A DNA stretch of 64,000 bases from Oligoflexales bacterium (GTDB lineage Bacteria; Bdellovibrionota_B; Oligoflexia; Oligoflexales; Oligoflexaceae). Positions 9,248 through 16,356 of this stretch are shown piece by piece. A program made the translations under genes and the position numbers. The stretch spans positions 15,331-79,330 of the forward strand of contig JBFWNG010000013.1 in assembly GCA_050251195.1 (NCBI GenBank), read 5' to 3'. The notes under the pieces are model-generated. The model ran no database searches, was not told the DNA's origin, and was given only the letters and a program-made list of their open reading frames with translations. Each line of letters opens with the position of its first letter. The first letter of the stretch is position 1.

Positions 9248-10411
9248 TTATTTCGGGGGATTCGCGGGTTCTTTACATTTCTCTAACTGGCTCTGAAGAC
9301 AGAACGGGATAACAAGGATCTTTTCTTCTCCAGCAAATGGATCTGAGTAAATTGGATCGCATTTCTTGTGCTTGTATTTCTTTTTCTTATTATACTTCTT
9401 GTTGAAGTCGTCTTCGTCTTTATACTTATCCTTATATTTGTCCTTATTGAAGTCGTCTTCGTCTTTATACTTATCCTTGTATTTGTCGTTATTGAAGTCA
9501 TCATCGTCTTCGTCTTTATACTTATCCTTGTATTTGTCCTTATTGAAGTCGTCTTCGTCCTTATACTTATCCTTGTCCTTGTATTTGTCGTTATTGAAGT
9601 CGTCATCGTCTTCGTCTTTGTATTTATCGCCATGGAAGTCGTCGTCGTCTTTATATTTATCATTCATAAAGTCGTCGTCGCCGTCCTTATAGGTATCGTC
9701 GGTATAGTAATCATGATTGTCGCCATGGTCACCGTCTTCATCTTCATAGCAATAGTCTTCGTCGTAGTCCTTGTCTTTGTCCTTGTCGTATTTGTGATCT
9801 TTATCTTTGTATTTATCCTTATTGAAATCCTCGTCACTGTCATTTTCTTGATCGATCAAGAGCTGTGCGCTTTCTTCGTCGGTAACAATGCGTCCCGTTG
9901 GAAAGACTTCGATGGGGACGGGGCCGCAAGGCTTCAAGTCGACAATCTTTTCGCCCTTGCGTTGTTTGAATACAAAACTAACGTCGAGATGAATTCCTTC
10001 TCTAAACGAATCGAGCCGCATTTCCACGTTGGAGTAATCGTCGAAGTTACGGTTAAAGAATCCGGTGGACGTAAAAAGATTGAGTTGCGGATCGTAATGG
10101 ACGCGATGCGGAAAAGTTGGCGTCAAATTGTGCCCGTTGCCGTTAAGTCCTTCGACCGGCATCACAAAGTCCGTGTTCGGGATGAGATGTTTATTGAGTA
10201 TCAGGGTGATGCACGGATGGAACTTTGCAACGTAGACGCCGATTTGAGGCAGCTCGGCAATATAGTTATCTGGAATCTCGTTGGGATTGTTGGGAACGAA
10301 GCTGTTATTAGGCTCTGCAGGTTTGATAACCGTGTTGTTTTTCTCTTTGGTGCAGGAGAAGGTAAGACTGCAAGCTACTAATAACCCTGAAATTATGACT
10401 TTTCGTGACAT
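9248..10411 (-). CDS. Lipoprotein with a C-terminal Asp/Lys/Tyr-rich tandem-repeat region
   Basis: Lipobox LTFSC. The first ~170 aa after the signal/lipobox peptide have normal composition. About 200 aa then consist almost only of D, K, Y, E, N and F, with repeats of FNKDKYKDKYKDEDD. The C-terminal tail contains Cys. Confidence 0.75.
   Translation of the reverse strand: MSRKVIISGLLVACSLTFSCTKEKNNTVIKPAEPNNSFVPNNPNEIPDNYIAELPQIGVYVAKFHPCITLILNKHLIPNTDFVMPVEGLNGNGHNLTPTFPHRVHYDPQLNLFTSTGFFNRNFDDYSNVEMRLDSFREGIHLDVSFVFKQRKGEKIVDLKPCGPVPIEVFPTGRIVTDEESAQLLIDQENDSDEDFNKDKYKDKDHKYDKDKDKDYDEDYCYEDEDGDHGDNHDYYTDDTYKDGDDDFMNDKYKDDDDFHGDKYKDEDDDDFNNDKYKDKDKYKDEDDFNKDKYKDKYKDEDDDDFNNDKYKDKYKDEDDFNKDKYKDKYKDEDDFNKKYNKKKKYKHKKCDPIYSDPFAGEEKILVIPFCLQSQLEKCKEPANPPK
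9402..9690 (-). repeat. Tandem coding repeats of 45/51 bp
   Basis: Units start at 9402, 9447, 9492, 9543 and 9594 (TTGAAGTCGTCTTCGTCTTTATACTTATCCTT...). The first four are near-identical and later ones are degenerate. Confidence 0.85.
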
Positions 10412-10621
10412 TTTAATTCCTACTATTGCAGAATAGAAAATCGGTTGCTTATATATAATATGTCAGCGGCTCATAATATTAATTTTTAATAAAAAATCAA
10501 ATTATTTTATCGAAAACTCCATATTTGCATTCTAGGTAGTGTTTTTATTGGAAAAACCCCACTGCGCCAAGGCTACGTAGGGCTGGCCCAGGAGGCGTGG
10601 ATGGGCCGTCATGGTGGCGGC

Positions 10622-10650
10622 GGAGATCCTTCGCTGCGCTCAGGATGATG
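10622..10650 (+). repeat. Dispersed intergenic repeat, family A copy (GAGATCCTTCGCTGCGCTCAGGATGA)
   Basis: Near-identical to 48441-48471 and 61201-30. Partial copies lie at 48475-48497 and 9192-9204. Confidence 0.6.
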
Positions 10651-10715
10651 AAGTCCGCTGCGATGATGAAGTCCGTTTCGATGATGAAGTCCGTTGCATA
10701 ATGAAGTCCGTACCG
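10644..10715. repeat. 18-bp tandem repeat x4 (GATGATGAAGTCCGYTKC)
   Basis: Units at 10644, 10662, 10680 and 10698, the last degenerate. The array is directly fused to the family A copy and is followed by the hairpin GTCCGT...ACGGAC at 10706-10728. Confidence 0.8.
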
Positions 10716-10752
10716 ATGACGAACGGACTTTGCAAGGGTGACGGTCTTGTTC

Positions 10753-12627
10753 TCAGGATGGCGATTTAGATGGCTCTGGACTGCCGCCAAACCTTCCAAG
10801 CAAGCTTGCCGACCGTTCGATGAACGCTTTCATATCGTCGCGCGAGAGTTTGCCGTGTTGGAGATTGGCGAGGTCGTAGATGTGTTCAACGACAAGCTGG
10901 ATTTGGTCCTCGTCGATGATGATCTTTTGTGTCAAAGCCAAGAGGTTCTTAACGGCGGTCGAGTTCGGGTTGACAAGTAACGTCTGTTTAGCGTCGAGGT
11001 CCTTTTGTGCGAGAGCCGCATAAAGAGGATTTGCGGCGCTCATCTCCTTGATTCGACGCATGGATTCGTCGGCAATTATCATAGCCGGGATCTTTTCCGA
11101 CTTAATGGATTCTATTCGGACTGCGATGTTCTTGTTGGGAAGGTATTTTTGAAACAGTGTTTCGAGGCGTTCCTTGTTTGTCTTTTGGTCCTTAGGGTCG
11201 ATAATCTTTGATTCGCTCGTTGCATCGACGAGGTGGGTGAGAACATCGGCATCGATGCGCTGGAATTTGTATTTTCCCGACGAGTTCATCTCGAGATGCG
11301 GAATAAAGTGTTGGTCAATTAAGGAATTGGTGACGACGGCTTCGATACCGTTTTCGCTGAGCAATGACAGATAACTTGATTGCAAGGTGTCGTCACTTGC
11401 ATAGATAATACGGCCGTCAGTCTTGTCCTTCATCCTTTCAAGATAATCGTCGAGCGTGATGAACTTGTCGTCGGATGATTTAAAGAGCAGGTGTTCCTTT
11501 AGGCGGTCGAAGAACTTCTGGTCGCGCATCATTCCGTATTTGACGAAGCCGTGGATGTCGTCCCAGTATTTCTCAAAGTTTTCCTTTTCGGTTTTCGCCA
11601 TGCCGGTCAGACGATCTGCAACTTTCTTAACGATATGGTCGCGGATCTTGATCGCTTGAGGTTCATTTTGCAAGTAGCTTCGCGATACGTTGAGGGGCAG
11701 GTCTGGACAGTCGATGACGCCTTTGAGCAGCGTTAGGAAGTCAGGTAAAAGCTCTTTGGGATTATCGGCAACATACACTTGGTTGCAATAAAGTTTCACC
11801 TCTCCAGAGGAGGCGTCGAGTTCATGCTTTAGTTGAGGGAAGAAGAGTATTCCGCGAAGTTTAAACGGATAGTCAACGTTGAGGTGGATCCAGAATAACG
11901 GCTCTCTCGCGAATGGAAAGAGTTTGGAGAAAAATTGTTTATAGTCTTCGTCCTTAAGAGACGAGGGGTTCTGTGTCCATAACGGTTTGGTATCATTGAC
12001 TTGAGATTCGCCGAGGTAGATGGGATAACGGATGAATGCGCAATATTTTTGAAGGATTTGGCGGATCGTTCCCGGCTCGAGCATTTCTTTGCTGTCGTCG
12101 GAAATATGAAGCGTTATCGTTGTGCCAATGTCCTTCCGTTGCGAAGGAGAAAGTTCGAATTCTGTCGAACCGTCGCAGCTCCAGTGAATGGCTTCGGCGC
12201 CGGTTTGGTACGACAACGAATCAATTTCGACTTTCTTTGCGACCATGAAAGTCGAATAAAATCCCAGGCCAAAGTGGCCGATAACTTGTTCCTTGTCGTC
12301 CTTGCCTTGGTATTTTTCGATGAAATCCTTAACGCCCGAGAAGGCGACTTGGTTGATGTATTTTTTGATTTCGTCCGCAGTGAGGCCAATTCCGGTGTCT
12401 GTAATGGATAGCGTGCCTTTGTCTTTGTCGCAAACAATGGTTACTTTGGCATCAGGAATGTCTTTGGCGCACTCGCCCATAAGGGAAAGCTTTTCTAGTT
12501 TGTAGATAGCATCGCAGGCATTCGAAACAAGTTCGCGCAGGAAGATCTCTTTTTCGGAGTACAGCCACTTCTTGATGATGGGGAGAATGTTTTCGGTATG
12601 TATGGAAATATGTCCGGTTTCTTTCAT
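10753..12627 (-). CDS. htpG: Molecular chaperone HtpG (Hsp90)
   Basis: N-terminal ILPIIKKWLYSEKEIFLRELVSNACDA and GHFGLGFYS motifs. The 624-aa length is typical. Confidence 0.95.
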   Translation of the reverse strand: MKETGHISIHTENILPIIKKWLYSEKEIFLRELVSNACDAIYKLEKLSLMGECAKDIPDAKVTIVCDKDKGTLSITDTGIGLTADEIKKYINQVAFSGVKDFIEKYQGKDDKEQVIGHFGLGFYSTFMVAKKVEIDSLSYQTGAEAIHWSCDGSTEFELSPSQRKDIGTTITLHISDDSKEMLEPGTIRQILQKYCAFIRYPIYLGESQVNDTKPLWTQNPSSLKDEDYKQFFSKLFPFAREPLFWIHLNVDYPFKLRGILFFPQLKHELDASSGEVKLYCNQVYVADNPKELLPDFLTLLKGVIDCPDLPLNVSRSYLQNEPQAIKIRDHIVKKVADRLTGMAKTEKENFEKYWDDIHGFVKYGMMRDQKFFDRLKEHLLFKSSDDKFITLDDYLERMKDKTDGRIIYASDDTLQSSYLSLLSENGIEAVVTNSLIDQHFIPHLEMNSSGKYKFQRIDADVLTHLVDATSESKIIDPKDQKTNKERLETLFQKYLPNKNIAVRIESIKSEKIPAMIIADESMRRIKEMSAANPLYAALAQKDLDAKQTLLVNPNSTAVKNLLALTQKIIIDEDQIQLVVEHIYDLANLQHGKLSRDDMKAFIERSASLLGRFGGSPEPSKSPS

Positions 12628-12701
12628 GGTCGCCTTACTCCAAGAACAAGTGATCTTTAATTTTATGTAATGCTTAACTTGCGAACGTCAAGAGGGCAGT
12701 T

Positions 12702-12728
12702 CTATGGATTTTTGAGCGATATTTCAAG
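12702..12728 (-). promoter_or_regulatory. Possible sigma32-type heat-shock promoter upstream of htpG
   Basis: The minus strand reads CTTGAAA-N12/13-(A)TCCATAG, against the consensus CTTGAAA-N13-15-CCCCATNT. The spacing is slightly short and the -10 matches only partly. Confidence 0.3.
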
Positions 12729-12749
12729 AAGAAATGTAAGGACTCAGAG

Positions 12750-13652
12750 CTAGTCTAAGTCCCTTCGAGCGCGGTAAGTGGCCGATAGTTCTAGCCCCGG
12801 TGTCGGGATTAAGTTGAGTGGTTTTTCTTGTGGTTTTGGCAAGTTGAGATCCGAAGCGAGCCCCAACGCGCGCATGAGCTGGATGACGAGAAACGTTAGA
12901 TCGAGCTCCCACCAGCGCAAACCGTGGCGCGCAAGTTTAGGCGCCGCGTGATGATTGTTGTGCCAGCCTTCGCCTAGAGCGAATATTCCGACCCACCACA
13001 GATTGGTAGCGAGATCGTCCTTCAGCTTGTGGGTGCGGTATCCCCATTTATGAGTGGCGCTGTTGACGGCCCAGGTGATGTGATAAACTGCCACTAAGCG
13101 TACAAAGACCCCCCAGACTACTCCGGGCCATCCGGCAGCTAGGTACATGAGTATGCCGATAAGGATCTGAACCGCAACGACGACAAGCGGATTGCTTATA
13201 AAGACGAGGAAAGGATCGCGGTGGAGGTCTCTGGTAAATGCTCGAATCTGCTTTAAATCGTCAAACTGCGGACGCTTTACGGTCATCCAAAGAAGATGGC
13301 TGTGCCAAAAGCCCTTGCTGGCGTCATGCGGATCCCCAATGGTATCGGAGTGCGCATGATGCATGCGGTGGTGCCCCACCCATTCTATAAGTGTACCTTG
13401 CATCGCCGTCGTGCCAAGCACGGCGAGAGCATATTCCACAGGTTTGGGCGCGCGAAACGCCTTATGTGTAAAATACCGGTGAAATCCGAGAGTAATGCCA
13501 AGGGCAGTAAAAAAATACAGAACGCCAAACCATATAAATGCTTCCGTTGAGTAGTACCATACTCCAAAACAGGCACCAGAATGGATAAGCAGCATGCTAA
13601 TAATAGTAAACCAGGCATACTTTTGGACGCTGCCGTTTTTCGCCGAACTCAT
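12750..13652 (-). CDS. Acyl-CoA/acyl-lipid delta-9 fatty acid desaturase
   Basis: Three His boxes are present: HRYFTH, HRMHHAHSD and GEGWHNNHH. The protein is membrane-spanning. Confidence 0.9.
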   Translation of the reverse strand: MSSAKNGSVQKYAWFTIISMLLIHSGACFGVWYYSTEAFIWFGVLYFFTALGITLGFHRYFTHKAFRAPKPVEYALAVLGTTAMQGTLIEWVGHHRMHHAHSDTIGDPHDASKGFWHSHLLWMTVKRPQFDDLKQIRAFTRDLHRDPFLVFISNPLVVVAVQILIGILMYLAAGWPGVVWGVFVRLVAVYHITWAVNSATHKWGYRTHKLKDDLATNLWWVGIFALGEGWHNNHHAAPKLARHGLRWWELDLTFLVIQLMRALGLASDLNLPKPQEKPLNLIPTPGLELSATYRARRDLD

Positions 13653-13734
13653 AGTGTCTCCCTAGATATTCAGCTTAATTATCGGGGGAGTTTGGTAAAC
13701 GCGGTGTCAAAGGATTGTAAAAGAATTGTAAAAG

Positions 13735-14436
13735 CTAGGTGGGGGAGTCGGTCCGTGCCTTGGCTTTTAGTGATTGGAACTGCTTGATAGCCGGGTCGAG
13801 GTGCTTAATCACCTCGTCAACGGAATCCACGACAACAATGGACTCGAGGTCTTTAGCGTCGAGAAGAGCAGACTTCAGCGGCACTTCATCAAGCCACTTG
13901 AGTAAGTCTTTCCAGAAGTCCTTTCCCAACAGGATGGTCGGGCGTCGCGTGATATGGCCCACTTGCATCAACTGCCAAGTGTAGAAAAGTTCGAGGAGAG
14001 TACCAATTCCGCCCGGTGTGACGACAACGGCGTGGCTAATGCGCATGAATTCGTCAAGTCTCGAGGAGAAACGGCGGTGCTGGTATTTTACGTCGAGATG
14101 GGAATTGGCGTCGGCCTCGTAAGGTAAGTCGATGGGTAACCCAAATGAACGGCTTTGATTGGATCCTGTTTTGGCGCCGAGATTTGCGGCTTCCATAAGT
14201 CCGGGTCCTCCCCCGGTTACGATATCCACGCCGCGGCTTGCAAGCGCAAAGGCGAGGTCGTGCACAATCTTATAATAGGTGGAATTTGGTTTGATACGCG
14301 CCGAGCCAAAAATGCTGACTCGATAGAATTCCAGGCCCATTTCTGTGACCATGGTATCAAGGTCAGCCACGATGTCATTGAGCTGTTGGATTTTCTTACT
14401 TAAAAACTTACGTATTTTCGCTTCTTTTATCGCCAA
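13735..14436 (-). CDS. LOG family protein (TIGR00730-type Rossmann fold nucleotide-binding protein)
   Basis: GGGPGLMEA and PGGIGTLLEL motifs. Confidence 0.85.
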   Translation of the reverse strand: MAIKEAKIRKFLSKKIQQLNDIVADLDTMVTEMGLEFYRVSIFGSARIKPNSTYYKIVHDLAFALASRGVDIVTGGGPGLMEAANLGAKTGSNQSRSFGLPIDLPYEADANSHLDVKYQHRRFSSRLDEFMRISHAVVVTPGGIGTLLELFYTWQLMQVGHITRRPTILLGKDFWKDLLKWLDEVPLKSALLDAKDLESIVVVDSVDEVIKHLDPAIKQFQSLKAKARTDSPT

Positions 14437-14561
14437 CAGGCAGCTCCTATTTTTAAGGGAAATTCGCGTTTTTTTGTCGTTTTCGAAAACGCGCCCATCA
14501 TTCGCATGTAAATTTTATGTCCCGTTTGCCGAATAGAGCCTCGATAAGAGGATAGCGGAGT

Positions 14562-15287
14562 TTGAGAAGGATGTTAAGGCCTAACATAATAATTTCGGCG
14601 TTGATAATCGTTTGGACCGCTATTGCCTTTGCGCAAGGGCAAAGCAACGTTAAGATGTCGAGCGGGAATGACGTAGGCGTACTGATCATGGGTTCGATCG
14701 CCCATACGGACGCGGCTCAAACAGTTGTTCTCATCAAAGAAGCTAAAACAGGTAAGGTCCGAGCAGTTAAGAAAGGCTTCCTGGTTGCCGGCGAGTTTAA
14801 GGTTCTCGAAGCAACCGCTAAATATTTAATGCTCGAAAAGAAAACCGGCGAGAAGCACCTCGTGTATCAAAGCAGCTTCGCGGGAGAGTTTAAAGGCAAT
14901 TCAATGCCCACGACTGCATCAAGTGACCTAGACTACTATTCAGAAGACGGTTTCGAACGTAAAGCCGGAAAAATTCGCATGACGGCAAGCTATAAAGACA
15001 ACATGATCAACAACGATCTCTCAAAGATATTGATGCAAGCTTCGGCAATACCACATTACGTTGACGGACAAATCAAGGGCTTCCAACTTCTCCAAATCGA
15101 TAAAGGAAGCATTTTTGACAACGCGGGCTTCAAGGACAATGACGTTATAATCTCAATTAACGGTTCAGTGCTTAACAACGTTTCCGCGACGATCAAGCTT
15201 TTGCATTCACTGAAAGCTGAGAACCACATTGAGGTTGAATTCGATCGAGGCGGCCAAATCTCTACTACCTCGGTGGAAGTGAATTAA
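14562..15287 (+). CDS. GspC-like protein (N-terminal anchor, HR-like domain, C-terminal PDZ)
   Basis: PDZ-like GFQLLQIDKGSIFDNAGFKDNDVIISINGSVLNN, with an upstream HR-like segment VVLIKEAKTGKVRAVKKGFLVAGEFKVLEA. The start may be TTG at 14562 or ATG at 14571. Confidence 0.55.
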   Translation: MRRMLRPNIIISALIIVWTAIAFAQGQSNVKMSSGNDVGVLIMGSIAHTDAAQTVVLIKEAKTGKVRAVKKGFLVAGEFKVLEATAKYLMLEKKTGEKHLVYQSSFAGEFKGNSMPTTASSDLDYYSEDGFERKAGKIRMTASYKDNMINNDLSKILMQASAIPHYVDGQIKGFQLLQIDKGSIFDNAGFKDNDVIISINGSVLNNVSATIKLLHSLKAENHIEVEFDRGGQISTTSVEVN

Positions 15288-15374
15288 CCTCACCCTGTTT
15301 GATCTCAAAAAACCAGCTATGTAAATACCTTTGGCGCCCCTCCGTTTTTGGCAGAGGTCGTGTTCTTACCCGTA

Positions 15375-16220
15375 TCACTTTACATTGGGATTCTTTACGT
15401 AGCTTATTTGAGCGCTGAGCGGCAAAGCGCTGTGCTGGCAGTCGTTAGTGTTCACATCGCCAGTCACGGCAACAGAAAATTTGACAGAGTCTTTTCCGAT
15501 AAGGTCGAAGCTTAATGGTGCAAGCTGATTTGACGTAACGCTAACTTGTAATGGGCTCGCTATCTCTTTAACGACACAGGTACCGGCTCCGCCCACGCAG
15601 TATTCTGTTTTGTCATTTGGCAACAAGGCTGCGGTATACAGAATTTGATCGAAATCCCAGATGTACAATTCCCCAGCTTTATCGAATTCCATAATCGAAG
15701 GTCCGGCATCCGTCGCAAGTATGTACTTATCCATGATGAAGTAGAAATCATCATTATGCGTTAAATCGTTGGCTGCAGAAGTGATGGCAATATCGCAAAG
15801 AATTTCGTCCGTTGCTAGAGCTAAATTCTGTTCGTCAATTGCTCTCGCGGTTACTACGCCGGGCAGGGGGAAGCCATTAGGAGGGAGGAGAAAACCGCAT
15901 CCTCCAGCACGAATCGGAAAATTAAGCGCCTCAATTCTTGTCAACTTTGTGCCTGCGCAAAGCGTTTTAATGGCTTCGGCACTCAAAACAACAGGGGCGG
16001 GAACTGGCTGTGTCATGTCTTCGGAGGAAGACTCTGCGGGATCTTCGGCCGCCTCGTCGGCGGACGCAGTGTCGTCGGTTGACACATCTCCTTCTTCTGT
16101 TTGCAACTCCTCGTCACCAGCGATTTGTCCTTCTGAAGCAAAACTAGCTTCTGGCGGAGTAGGTGCTCTATCACATCCCCACGCAAGAATAAGAAATATT
16201 GTGAATCGGGCTAGTTGCAT
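15375..16220 (-). CDS. Hypothetical lipoprotein with an acidic linker
   Basis: Lipobox LAWGC, then a D/E/S/A-rich linker and a Cys-containing globular region. It lies downstream of the MoxR-VWA genes on the same strand after a 136-nt gap (16221-16356), so membership of that operon is uncertain. Confidence 0.6.
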   Translation of the reverse strand: MQLARFTIFLILAWGCDRAPTPPEASFASEGQIAGDEELQTEEGDVSTDDTASADEAAEDPAESSSEDMTQPVPAPVVLSAEAIKTLCAGTKLTRIEALNFPIRAGGCGFLLPPNGFPLPGVVTARAIDEQNLALATDEILCDIAITSAANDLTHNDDFYFIMDKYILATDAGPSIMEFDKAGELYIWDFDQILYTAALLPNDKTEYCVGGAGTCVVKEIASPLQVSVTSNQLAPLSFDLIGKDSVKFSVAVTGDVNTNDCQHSALPLSAQISYVKNPNVK

Positions 16221-16356
16221 GCAGTTCCCTTGATAATGCTGAACACTTCTTTTCGGAAGAAATCGTAAGAAATCGTAGGAATGGACTAAATCGTCCCTTA
16301 TATTAGGGTGTTAAGTTACCGAAAAAGAGGCCACGTCCCGGAGACGCGCGCAGGGT

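Noticed and set aside
9368-10381. 337-aa and 108-aa plus-strand ORFs antisense to the D/K/Y-repeat lipoprotein gene.
   Set aside because: They are antisense readings of GAY/AAR/TAY repeats and give V/F/I/L-only strings. The minus-strand gene has a proper lipoprotein signal and a normal N-domain.
10644-10715. Possible CRISPR array (regularly spaced 18-bp repeats).
   Set aside because: The units are directly adjacent with no spacers and there are only four. No cas genes are present. It is a simple tandem repeat.
10545-10799. 84-aa ORF downstream of htpG.
   Set aside because: It is a translation of the family A repeat and the 18-bp tandem array (…DFIIETDFIIAADFII…) and overlaps the htpG 3-prime end.
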